Notes under the pieces: generated by a model
Seen by the model: the letters and a program-made list of their open reading frames with translations, nothing else
What the model was told of the DNA's origin: nothing
Databases searched by the model: none
In this document: piece after piece, positions 11,666 to 21,737 of the stretch
How positions within the stretch are numbered: the first letter of the stretch is position 1
How the letters are laid out: each line of letters opens with the position of its first letter
Made by a program: the position numbers and the translations under genes
DNA from: Phyllosticta citribraziliensis
Lineage: Eukaryota
Direction: 5' to 3'
Assembly (NCBI RefSeq): GCF_038025025.1
Contig: NW_027117338.1
Location: 1,612,001-1,676,000, forward strand
Length of the DNA: 64,000 bases

Positions 11666-12193
11666 TTAATCCCCTTGTGTGGCTTGCTCCTCCAACGCGA
11701 CAACCGCATTGTCTAGCTCCCTAATCCTTTGCCCCACTCTGCGACGGACTTCATCCGCTACTGAACTGTCCGTGCCATTAACCACAGCTTCGTACTTCTC
11801 TTTCAGCTTGTCCAAAGCCTCCCTAGCTGCGGCGCGGTCGTCGGCTGCATACACAGTGTTTCCCTCGGTCTCTTCAGCAGCAATCTCGAACTCGTCGCGG
11901 GCAGTGGAATAGCTGTGTATTTGTCAATGGATGCTTTCATGGAGATGTTGGAAGTCCGGGGTGACTCACAGCTCCTGTATGTCATCGACGACCTCGTCTG
12001 CTGTCCTCTTGCTGCTGAAGCTCTGAATCTGGGCTCCCCGCCGAGCAATGATGGGTTGATGCAGCTGGCGGAAGCTGGTGACAGCTACTCGGGGTGTCTG
12101 AAGTTTCGCGCTTGTGCGGTATCGGCGGGCCAAAGGCGAGACGGCGAAACGCGCTGGTCTCAAGATGGTTCGCGGCAGGATGCGAGCGTGCAT
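11666..12193 (-). CDS. Conserved fungal hypothetical protein, probable mitochondrial targeting
   Basis: Arg/Ser-rich presequence-like N-terminus. Splicing intron 11913-11969 joins ..DDIQEL to YSTARDEFEIAAEETE..VYAADDR..RVGQRIREL. Confidence 0.8.
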
Positions 12194-12434
12194 GGCTTAT
12201 TCCGGTGCTCAAGTGTCGTTTCCTTGGGCGAAACAAGACAGAAACTGGGTTGGCAAAGCTGGAGCTTCCGTGGCAGCTTGGAACCTGAACGTGGTCGATG
12301 ACGACGTCGCGAGTCAAGTGTTTGATGATCCATGACTCGCCGCTAGCGCCCCACCACCTGCACCTTGTCCGCGGCCGCGAGCCAACCGGACTTTGGTTAT
12401 TTCTTCTCACACGCGTCGCCCCGCAACCCCCGCC

Positions 12435-13502
12435 ATGCTCTTTGGCATTTCACTACTTTTGGTCTCTGCGACATTCTTATTCTATCGCCACCCGCCTACA
12501 GCATGGCTGGCGCACTTCTTCCGAGAACTCTCGAGGCGTCGCATGCCGTCAGGGACTGGAAATCAAGGCGCCCTCGACGGACAGACTCGAGATGATCCAA
12601 CCGACGAGCCGCAAGCTCCCAACGATTCCCAAAAGCAAGAGAGTCGACAAGCTGTCATCGAAGCGAGAGACAGCTCTGTCGCGAATCATGGCCCGAGTCC
12701 GTTGAATTTACCCAAGATCGAGACCGTCCCTAGCGACAAAGGGAGCGAATCCCCCACAACGCCAAAGGCGACGGCCCCACCCACGATACCACAGTTCTCC
12801 TTGGCCACAAGCGACTCGGAGGATACGGATAACGAGGACAAGATGCCACCACCACAGTTTCCCGCCGTCAATTCTGCACAACGTGCATCTGGCTCGGGCA
12901 TGAAGCCACCTGCAATGAAGCCTCCCACGTTGAAGCCGTTGCCAAAACAGACAGCTTCCCAGCTCATGCCTCCACCTCCTCGTCTTCCACAGTCCTCCCT
13001 TCGAGTCCCTTCGTCCGGACCCGTGCCTAACCGAGGAAGACCGGCCGCACCTAGCTCGAATTCTCTCGGAATTCCAGCTACCGCCCCTATAAAAACACCC
13101 AACCCTCGGCAAAAAGTACAGCTCACTCCGGGACACTCCCCTCTCGACTGGGCTGCTCTTGTCAAATCCAACTCGAACCTCTCTGGCGTTTCCTCTCTCC
13201 AGCGCGTAACCCCGTCCATGCTGAAAGCACACAACGGTCGGCGGAACAAACAAACTGGGCAAACCATGCCAGCTTGGTCTGCATACCAAGGCAAGGTCTA
13301 CAACATCACACCCTATTTGCCATATCACCCTGGCGGCGAAGGAGAGTTGAGGAGAGCGGCTGGAAAGGACGGGGAGAGGTTGTTCAACGAAGTTCACCCC
13401 TGGGTCAACTGGGACAACATGCTGAGTGAATGTGTCGTGGGCATCCTGGTGCCAGAGCCTTTGGTGGAAGAGACCACAGGAAGTCTGGATGACATGGATT
13501 GA
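12435..13502 (+). CDS. Cytochrome b5-like heme-binding domain protein (Irc21-like) with N-terminal hydrophobic anchor
   Basis: KVQLTPGHSPLDW, GKVYNITPYLPYHPGG and LFNEVHPWVNW motifs. ATG at 12435. Confidence 0.85.
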   Translation: MLFGISLLLVSATFLFYRHPPTAWLAHFFRELSRRRMPSGTGNQGALDGQTRDDPTDEPQAPNDSQKQESRQAVIEARDSSVANHGPSPLNLPKIETVPSDKGSESPTTPKATAPPTIPQFSLATSDSEDTDNEDKMPPPQFPAVNSAQRASGSGMKPPAMKPPTLKPLPKQTASQLMPPPPRLPQSSLRVPSSGPVPNRGRPAAPSSNSLGIPATAPIKTPNPRQKVQLTPGHSPLDWAALVKSNSNLSGVSSLQRVTPSMLKAHNGRRNKQTGQTMPAWSAYQGKVYNITPYLPYHPGGEGELRRAAGKDGERLFNEVHPWVNWDNMLSECVVGILVPEPLVEETTGSLDDMD

Positions 13503-13845
13503 ATGTATAGGGTTGTGTTCGCGGGCTTTTTCCATCCATGATACCCAAGACAGGCGGTTTCAAATGAAATTTTGTCAACACCCACGCTATGATCACTATC
13601 GTCATATTGAGACGTGAAGATTGTCGATTTGTAGAAAGGTTCCAGTCTTTTGCGAGATGGATAGGGAGCATTCTTTCCATTCTGGCGATTTTGTAATCAT
13701 GTGATGCGCGTTGGACCCTAGCGCGTCTCGCGTCTGCCTATCGCCAGCGCGTCTCCCGCAACTAACCTTCTACACCCTCCTTCAACCCGAACCCTCGAGC
13801 TCACATTCGACGACGCATCTCGATGACAACATAACCAATCGCACA

Positions 13846-16536
13846 ATGTGGCTCCTCTCGAACGAGGGCAATTTCCTCGGCGGCAAACGCATTTGGCTGT
13901 CGCCAGGAACAGAGCACCTCTTTGGCCGCGGCAAAGATCATTCAGGACCCAACTGCTACATGTACCCCGAGCAGAAGAGCTTCTCACGCAAGCACTTGGT
14001 CATTCAAGTCAAGGACACTGAGCCAGATGTGGGTGGCAAGCCAGATCGCAAGTCAGAAGTTGTTCTGAGGGATCTTGGAAGCAAATTCGGAACGGAACTC
14101 GACGGCGACAAATTCACGGGCAGCGAAAAGGTGATAGCGACGAAGACTCAGGGAAAAGAGGTGCACTCCATCAAGATGGGCCAATGCAAAGACCTGTGGC
14201 GGTACGTGAACCAACCGGACATTTTAGACTTGACTGACTTGGATCACCCCAGACTCGAATGGCGTCCTGTCAACCTCACCCTCAGCTCCCAAAAGGCCAA
14301 GAAGAAAAAGTCGCAGCAAGCCAATTCGCAAGACATGCAAGAACACCTCGAGAGCTGCGACGTCAAGTTCACCGAAAGATTTCAGCCCCAACACACAACG
14401 CATGTCATCGCAAGCAAGCGCAATACTCCCAAGGGTCTACAGGCGCTGGTGAGCGGAAAATGGATTGTGACATCTGCATGGCTGGATGCTTTGGAACGAC
14501 AAGTTTCAAAGCCAGAGGTCGCTCAAGACGAAGAACAGCCAATGAGTGCTCTGGCTCTGGATTTCGATGCGAATTGGCCAAACGAAGCTGATTTCATACC
14601 GGACGTCGGACAGGAGCCGGTTCCGAGGGACGCTGCGCTGTTCAGGCCCAATCCCGAGCGCGAAAGTGTTTTCAAGGGGTACACTTTCGTGTTCACCGAC
14701 GACTCTCAGTACGCACATCTTGCTCCGGTCATTGAGCAGGGAAGTGGGAAAGCACTCTTCCACGACATTGATGAAGAGTCTACAAGAGCGGAAAACGTGG
14801 TGCAGTACATCAAGAGCGTTGCAGGCGAAAACGGCATGGGAGAATTCGAAGATGGCAGCGAAGGCAAAGGCGTTGTCTTGGTTCGCCCCAGAGATGATGA
14901 CATTGAAAAGGCACGGATCGTCGAGGCTGCCGACATTATACTGGGACAGCGAAGCATCAGACAAGGCGACTTCCTCGATGCTATCGTGATGAACGACGCT
15001 ACAGGTCTGAGGAAGCAGCTGGAAGAGTCCGTAGGGGGTACGCCTTTTCCTACGCCCCAGGAACAGCAACCAGGAGAGACACCAGCATCCTCTGCGCCGC
15101 CTCCGAGCACCGAGCCACCACCTGAAACAAGGACTGAGCAGCCCACAGCAAGGCGTCGTGGATTCCGCCGTGCTGTCACGACTTCGCGATTCAAGGGATT
15201 TGACACTTTTGACCCTTCTGAATCTTCGAGCTTACCTCCACCGCCAGAAGATGGTGGGTGGAGAACACAAGTTGGCAACTCAATCCATGATGAGCCGTCA
15301 CCTGTAGAATCGCAGATTTCCGCTCCATCTCGCCATGTTTCCGAGGCCCCAGCGGTAATAGGCCGGAAAAGACCATATGAAGGTGATACGGTCGTCGAGT
15401 CCACTGAAAGCCGAGAGAACAAGGTGGACAAAATCCTACCCGCTTCGGCCGCTATGAAGAGGAGGCGAATCGAGCAAGGATTCCAGACGTCTTCTGGAGA
15501 GGGAACACCGACTTCTGAACCGATTTCTGATGGAGGACAAAAGAGCGCCAAGCCGAGCGCCAAACTTCCCTTCGAATCGCGCAAGAAGAAAGTCGAAGAA
15601 ATCAACGTTCAAGAGCTGACCAAGGAGCGGCTTCAGAAAGAAGAGCAGCAGAGAATAGAGGACGAAGAGGCTTTGCGCGAGGGGCTCGAGGGAATGGACA
15701 TAGGATCCATAAGGAATCTGGCACAAGTTGAAGAGATGGAAGTGAAGCCACGCAAAGACCGGCTGGACAGAGGTGATGAGAATCCAGACAGTGCTCGCTG
15801 GAAAGCAGAATGGAACGGACGCAAGAACTTCAAGAAATTTCGGAAGCGGAGACGCGGAGGCCCCAACGACGAAGCCCCTCTACGCGGCCGCAAAGTCATC
15901 GTTCGTCTGGAGGAGGTCAAGCAAAAGGATCCCAACATAATCAACGATGAATTACTTGGCGACCAACCTGATCGCGACAGTTCGAGGCGGAGGGGCAGTC
16001 TCGCAACGATTGCGAGCTCTCGAAACAGGCTGCTGGGCTCACGAGACGACGACTCTGGCGACGACGGTCCCTCGTTCCGCCGCCGAGCTCCGCGCTCAAA
16101 CACGGGCGCCTCTCAGCAAAGCGGGCCAGTCAGCTCGATATCGACGCGCGCGCGAGAGGACGTCGAGTTGCAAAACGTCGAACCCGAAGAAATTGCGGGA
16201 GAAGCTCGCAACCAGCGCATCGCGTCCATGGCCAAAGGTGCCAAAGACCAATCTTCTTTTGGGAGCGACAGGTCAAGAAATACGTCGCACCGCCACACAC
16301 CGGACAGCGAATCTCAAAGCCAGACCATCGTCGGCGACTCGTTCCGGCCTTCGACTGCGAATTCGACGGCGAGTTCGAGGGGGAAGAGGCCAGCCATGGG
16401 TCCGCCATATGGATCTAAGGAACCGTCGAGTAAGAAGAGCGCCTTCGGGAGCGCTCGTAGTGCTACTTTGCGATCGGTCGAAGATGACGACGACGATAGT
16501 GGCGATGAGTTGAGGTTCAGGAGACGGCGGAAGTAG
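13846..16536 (+). CDS. nbs1: Nibrin/Nbs1 (MRN complex; FHA-BRCT, Mre11-binding motif)
   Basis: N-terminal FHA (LFGR..SRKH..DLGSKFGT), BRCT region (THVIASKRNTPKGLQALV), GRKNFKKFRK Mre11-binding motif and acidic DDSGDELRFRR tail. Intron 14202-14252. Confidence 0.92.
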   Translation: MWLLSNEGNFLGGKRIWLSPGTEHLFGRGKDHSGPNCYMYPEQKSFSRKHLVIQVKDTEPDVGGKPDRKSEVVLRDLGSKFGTELDGDKFTGSEKVIATKTQGKEVHSIKMGQCKDLWRYVNQPDILDLTDLDHPRLEWRPVNLTLSSQKAKKKKSQQANSQDMQEHLESCDVKFTERFQPQHTTHVIASKRNTPKGLQALVSGKWIVTSAWLDALERQVSKPEVAQDEEQPMSALALDFDANWPNEADFIPDVGQEPVPRDAALFRPNPERESVFKGYTFVFTDDSQYAHLAPVIEQGSGKALFHDIDEESTRAENVVQYIKSVAGENGMGEFEDGSEGKGVVLVRPRDDDIEKARIVEAADIILGQRSIRQGDFLDAIVMNDATGLRKQLEESVGGTPFPTPQEQQPGETPASSAPPPSTEPPPETRTEQPTARRRGFRRAVTTSRFKGFDTFDPSESSSLPPPPEDGGWRTQVGNSIHDEPSPVESQISAPSRHVSEAPAVIGRKRPYEGDTVVESTESRENKVDKILPASAAMKRRRIEQGFQTSSGEGTPTSEPISDGGQKSAKPSAKLPFESRKKKVEEINVQELTKERLQKEEQQRIEDEEALREGLEGMDIGSIRNLAQVEEMEVKPRKDRLDRGDENPDSARWKAEWNGRKNFKKFRKRRRGGPNDEAPLRGRKVIVRLEEVKQKDPNIINDELLGDQPDRDSSRRRGSLATIASSRNRLLGSRDDDSGDDGPSFRRRAPRSNTGASQQSGPVSSISTRAREDVELQNVEPEEIAGEARNQRIASMAKGAKDQSSFGSDRSRNTSHRHTPDSESQSQTIVGDSFRPSTANSTASSRGKRPAMGPPYGSKEPSSKKSAFGSARSATLRSVEDDDDDSGDELRFRRRRK

Positions 16537-16685
16537 TCATTTATTGCGGTTCAGGCGTCGTTGCTAAGTGCGGGTGGGTTGCTTCACGAGTTTGCATGCT
16601 AGCTACATACAGTACGGGGCCAATCGAGCAGAAGATAATGGGTAGAAATTACGACGAACTCAATGAATGTTGCTCTCTATTGCAG

Positions 16686-16900
16686 TTGATGAATGCTCCT
16701 TGGGCTACTAAGTAAAGTAACAGGCGATGGAGCCTCCCAGGACTACACGTCTAGCACCGATTTGACGAATGCTCCCTGAGCCACTGGATATAGTAGCAGG
16801 CGATGAAGCCTCCTAAGACTACGCGTCTAGTCTAGCCGTGAGTTGACGAATGCTCCTTGAGCCATTGAATAGAGTAGCAGGTGATGGAGCCTCTCAGGAC
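16686..16900. repeat. Tandem repeat, 3 x ~76 bp, each a dimer of 38-bp subunits; same core as the dispersed arrays
   Basis: Cores at 16689, 16727, 16765, 16803, 16846 and 16884. The single 43-bp step is a TCTAG duplication. Confidence 0.92.
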
Positions 16901-16912
16901 TCAACAAATTCC

Positions 16913-17761
16913 TTACTCGTCCTCCCTCTTCTTTTTTACCGGCACATTTCCCGCCGCCCACACGGCATACTCCTCTGAATTGGCATTCTCATTCTTGACA
17001 AACTCGGCAACATGGTCCGGGACCTTCACCTTGTTATACGGCGCGGGAACGGGCTCGCCAAAGCACTCCCACACGGGGACAACGCCGGCCCAAAAGGCGT
17101 TTGCAACAGCCTCGTTGCGCAAGTCCTTGCGCTCGTCAGCCGGAACGCTAGCAGCGTCCTTCGCGCTCGCCGCCACAATGGAGATCTTGATGACATGCGT
17201 GGCGGCCAGCTCGCCCTTATCAGGGGGGCGCGAGTGCGCCCACCGGCCGGGGACGACACTGTCGGTGATGAGCTCGAGAGCCCAGGTCTTCTCGGCGGGA
17301 TCGGTGACCAGGGCGGCGTGGCCCTGCAGCAGGGCGCTGCGGTAGTTGTAGCTGTGGTGGAAGGGCGTCAGGGCGAGCTTGTAGCCGTCGACCTTGGTCG
17401 CCGTGACGCATACGGGGAAGCCCGGGTCGTCGTGGCTGCCGCTGAGCTTCACGATGCGGCTGGAGACGTAGCCGTGCAGGTAGCAGGCTGCCTCTGCGGT
17501 GTCGTCGCCCGGGTAGGTCCCTATCTGGCCGATCATGGGGAGGATGACGGGGAATGGGTCATCGGGCGAGGGCAGGAAGGAGACGTGCACTACGCTCGTT
17601 GTGTTGAAGATGTTGTGGATAGTCTCGACATCGTAGGAGCCTGTGGGTTGGTGAGTAAGTTGTCGGTTGTCTTTTGAGGTTTGAGGAGGTCGGAAAATAC
17701 CTCTTTCCTTGTAACGGTTGAATGTCGTTGAAGGGGTGGGAGCGTATGATTCATCGGCCAT
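16913..17761 (-). CDS. Flavin-nucleotide-binding protein (pyridoxamine 5'-phosphate oxidase-like / NimA-related split barrel)
   Basis: RYKER..YD..TIH.I, HVSF, YLHGYVSSR, VDG..LALTPFHHSYNYRSA and WAGVVP motifs. Intron 17641-17700. Confidence 0.88.
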   Translation of the reverse strand: MADESYAPTPSTTFNRYKERGIFRPPQTSKDNRQLTHQPTGSYDVETIHNIFNTTSVVHVSFLPSPDDPFPVILPMIGQIGTYPGDDTAEAACYLHGYVSSRIVKLSGSHDDPGFPVCVTATKVDGYKLALTPFHHSYNYRSALLQGHAALVTDPAEKTWALELITDSVVPGRWAHSRPPDKGELAATHVIKISIVAASAKDAASVPADERKDLRNEAVANAFWAGVVPVWECFGEPVPAPYNKVKVPDHVAEFVKNENANSEEYAVWAAGNVPVKKKREDE

Positions 17762-18486
17762 TTTCGTAGTCGTGAGAAACCGGCGCAAAGGTATTGGTGG
17801 AGTGTTCCCTCGGTTGACACAACGGCTTCTTATATGCCCTCATGGTTTCTGGGCTGATGGTTGGAGTCACATAGCTTTACCACACCCTAGAACATGAGCA
17901 AACGCAGTGAACAGGACCCCAGAAGCTTGCAGCGCCCCGCGGTTTCGCATGTACCAGCCTATTTGGGTTGGCGTTCCCGCCGGAGCTGCAAACAAGTCGA
18001 AAACCCTACCCTATGGCGGAGGGACCAATCCTTGCCTCCCGCGCCGCTGTTGACGCCGAGACACACGTGCGATGCTTGCAAATAGCGGCGTTCTATTCGA
18101 CACCTGTGACTCACTTGCCAAGACTTGCCATGATTATCTTTGAACACCGCTTTCAGTGGCGGCTTGCGAGTGTATCTGGATAGAGTGGGGTGGAAGGACC
18201 AAGATCGCCAAGTATTGCGAGATGTTCCGGTTGCAAGACTCGTCAGGTCTGTGACTCACGGCCTGCAAAGCAGCCTTGCTGTCACGACGGTCGCCTATAG
18301 CGCCATTGCAACATAGCAGCCTCTCATGGGCATGAGATATCATCACTCAGTCAAGCGTCGTCCGCAGAAGTTCTTCTCACGCCTTGGCAGACCAGGGGGA
18401 AAGGTATCGATCCGAACAATTCTCGTACGCTGTCGTACGCCAGTAAGCGAAAATCCCACGACACTGATTCGGGAAATTTTACCACT

Positions 18487-19632
18487 TCAATCCTGAGTGT
18501 CGGGTGGCAGGGACAACTCTTGCCCTTTCCAGCCGCCGTCCTTTGCGGCGCCCACTGCGTCTCCGTGCGGATTGGCGAAGCTCGAAACCCAATCCTTCAC
18601 CCTTGCCGCCTTCTCGACTGATGCCAGTCCGCCCATCTTGTCCACTCCATGCCTGGCGAGCAACTGAAGCTTGGTCTGGTTTTTCTGTATGCTCTTCCGC
18701 AGACTGGATCCAAACACCTTGTCTCGAAAGGAGTCCAGGGCCACGTTCTCGATCAAGATGACGTCCTGAAGACGGAGGTTCTCCAGTGCGTCTCTCAGGG
18801 GCTCAGTAGGGGCCACTCTTGCACCACCGTTTGCACGCTGACTTTCTCTAGCCGGAAACCAAAAGGTGACTTTGAAGCCGATGCCCGTTTCGTCGCCCAC
18901 GAGGATCTCAGCCATGTCTCGAAGCCCATAACGTGTCTGCTTGGAATGTGGAGGGAGAATCGACATGACGCCCACGATGAGATTGACGACGATGGTCTGG
19001 GGGATGATTCTCTTCAAGTGCCCAGCGCTGGGTATTTCACACAAGTTCTTGATGGCCCGCGGTAGTCGGACGTCTGTTTGGGTCGTCTCGCTCAGGGATA
19101 TATTGCTTTGATCCATATACATGTCGCTGTTGAAGGAGTCGAGCATGGTGGTTTCTTCCATGGGACTCAGGCTTAGGTCCAGCTGCGAGGAAAGAAGGGT
19201 GTCATGGACGGCCATTGAATACTCGATGAACCGGGACTCCTCCTCGTCGTCTTGTTCCACTCCGCCATTTCTGCCTCTGGTCCCACGCAATGGCTGAGTG
19301 GTCGTTGAGGGCAAAATGCTGTTTCCAATGGCAGTCTCATCAACAGACCTCTGGGTCAACCCTCCGTGGAACTGCTGTACGTTCAGCGACCCGAATTCCT
19401 GCGTGAGTCCAGTCTGCAGCCGTGTCTTTGCCAGCGGTACGCTACGCCAGCGATAGAGAGCTTCTTCTTGTATGTCCTGGTCACGATCATGGCTGGCGCC
19501 AGTGGCCGGCATTCCAGCCGTCGAATCCAAGAAGCGCGCAATTGCTGGCACCCAATCACACAGCAACAAGTTGTCGTCCCACGAAAGCCGTTCGGGATCC
19601 GGGGCCCCCGCGAGCACGACGCGCGATGTCAT
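18487..19632 (-). CDS. Uncharacterised protein with C-terminal OB-fold (nucleic-acid-binding)
   Basis: VNLIVGVMSI..EILVGDETG.GFKVTFW..LRLQDVILIENVAL..FRDKVFG is a typical OB-fold strand pattern. ATG at 19632. Confidence 0.7.
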   Translation of the reverse strand: MTSRVVLAGAPDPERLSWDDNLLLCDWVPAIARFLDSTAGMPATGASHDRDQDIQEEALYRWRSVPLAKTRLQTGLTQEFGSLNVQQFHGGLTQRSVDETAIGNSILPSTTTQPLRGTRGRNGGVEQDDEEESRFIEYSMAVHDTLLSSQLDLSLSPMEETTMLDSFNSDMYMDQSNISLSETTQTDVRLPRAIKNLCEIPSAGHLKRIIPQTIVVNLIVGVMSILPPHSKQTRYGLRDMAEILVGDETGIGFKVTFWFPARESQRANGGARVAPTEPLRDALENLRLQDVILIENVALDSFRDKVFGSSLRKSIQKNQTKLQLLARHGVDKMGGLASVEKAARVKDWVSSFANPHGDAVGAAKDGGWKGQELSLPPDTQD

Positions 19633-20184
19633 TGCCGGAACTTGTCCTCCAGCAGACGGGACTGTGGCGGGGCATGTGGTCACAAAGAAGCGCGTCCGAT
19701 GGCCGAGGCCGAGCTAGAGGCTTCGGAGTCAGGGCGGTTCGGTCGAAGCGCTAGCACCGAGGACAGGCAGGCAGCAACAAGTCAAGACAATGCATGGAGA
19801 CAGCTTGAGCTCAACGGTTCCAAAAAAGGCGTGCTCGACGGAACCCTGTGTCGATGCGGCCCGGTGCTGACAATCTCGCGCTCGACGACTTGTTGTGTCG
19901 GTGTATCCGTCGGCCGTCGGCTCGTTCGGAGATATGACCCCTGTTTCCGTCGCGGGGCGCCAAATTCCGCACTTTTTATCAATCTAATCACCGCCCGCCA
20001 ACAGCGTCCCATCAGATCAACACCTCCACCCGCATCTTTCCTGCGCGTTCCTGCGCTGCTGCTGCTACTGCTGCTGCCTTTCAAATACTGCCTTGTCCAC
20101 GCCAATTCGGCAACCCTCCTTTCTTTCCTTTTCCTCCTCTTCCCCCCATCTCCTTCTCCTTCGAAATCTGGATTCCGCGCCGCC

Positions 20185-21440
20185 ATGGCTTCCGCGCTCA
20201 AGAATTTATGGGGCCGCGTCGCCTCGCATTCAGGCTCCGCGCAGCATGAAGACGGCTTCTCTAAAGCGCCCAAGGCGGGCGAGCTCTTCCCCGTCACGGA
20301 CCCGGCCGTTGACGGCGAAGACTGCCTGCGCGACTGCGCAAACTGCACCATCAAGTACCCGCGCAAGTGGAGCGTCAACGAGGGCGATAACATGTACGGC
20401 AACATCAGTGGCTGGGATACGCACTTGATTGTCGCCACGGGCAAGACGGACTGGGTAAGTTGTCTTCATTCTGGGGAGAGGCGAACCAGCCGGAAAGGCG
20501 TTCTGATGATTGACTGCAGGTCAGGGATGTGGCAGACGAGAAGGGCAGCATCATGGAGGCGGTCAACAAGTGTGGCATCAAACCATCTAATGGGGTAAGT
20601 TTCGTGCGTTCCAAAGCCTTCAAATAAACAATTCCCCGAACTTTTGCTTAATCCTGGCGCTAGAAAATGATGCTCTCGGCCTCCGACATGCCTCTTCCCC
20701 ACGAAGTCCACAACACGGCCGTCCCCGACGGCGCCGAATCCCCCACGACAGTGCTACTGCTTCCGAGTTTTACTCTCGTCGACAACGTCACGCCGTCGTC
20801 GGTTCCCACCCTCATTCAAACCCACATCAGCACCGGTCCGACAAATACGCAACCCCTAGACGGTCTCCCACGGCCAACCTCTTCAAGCTCTGCCAAATCC
20901 GCAAAGTCCCCCAAGTCCTCCAAACCCGTGCCGCAGCCGACGTTGCCTCTGGTAGTGCGGGACTGCCCTCACAATTACCTTATCCTCCTCTGCAGCCACA
21001 AGACGCGTGACGCGCGCTGTGGTCAATCCGCGCCTCTCCTGCGGCGAGAATTCGAACGGCACCTGCGGCCCCTCGGCCTGTACCGCGACCTCCACGACGA
21101 GCGACCAGGTGGCGTCGGAATCTACTTCATCAACCACGTCGGTGGACACAAGTACGCGGCCAACGTGCTGATATACCGCCGAGCAGGGAGCGTAGGGACG
21201 GGATCTGCCGCGGCGCACGCAGGCCAGGCGCAGGAGAATGGAGACAAGGAGGCGGAGAAGGAGGGCAACGGGACGGCTAAGGAGAACCGAGAGGCGGCGC
21301 AGTGCATGTGGCTAGCCCGCGTGCGGCCTGAACACTGCGAGAATATTGTCAAGTACACCATCTTGCAAGGCAAGCTGCTGGATCCGGACCGGCAGCTTCG
21401 AGGCGGTTTTGACAGGAGTAGGCAGCTCATAAGCTGGTAG
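20185..21440 (+). CDS. apd1: Sucrase/ferredoxin-like (thioredoxin-like 2Fe-2S) protein, Apd1 family
   Basis: VATGKTDW, LLCSHKTRDARCG and NHVGGHKYAANV (bis-Cys, bis-His ligands). Introns ~20455-20519 and ~20595-20663. Confidence 0.85.
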
Positions 21441-21737
21441 TCCAGGAGACGTAGAAGCATATTTTTTTCTGCTCTTGTTGCGATTTGGATGGTTTTCCGC
21501 GAACCGCGGACATTAGATATTAGAGCTACCGGAGACTAGTCGAATATTTTGACTTCCTATACAGATGATTTTTACAAATGACTTTGGCGAAAAAGCGCGT
21601 CCATTTTTGGGCATCGAACTGGGCCGGTTTGATGAATCGATCCAGCGTTGGAGCAAGTCCAGAGTGGTAGTCGGCTAACATCGAAGCTTGGTATAGCCAT
21701 GACTTTTTCAGTGGTATCCGCACTCTCGTTCACCTCC

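Noticed and set aside
19366..20598. 410-aa plus-strand ORF spanning the OB-fold/apd1 promoter
   Set aside because: Only the part from ATG 20185 is apd1 exon 1; the rest is promoter and antisense read-through.
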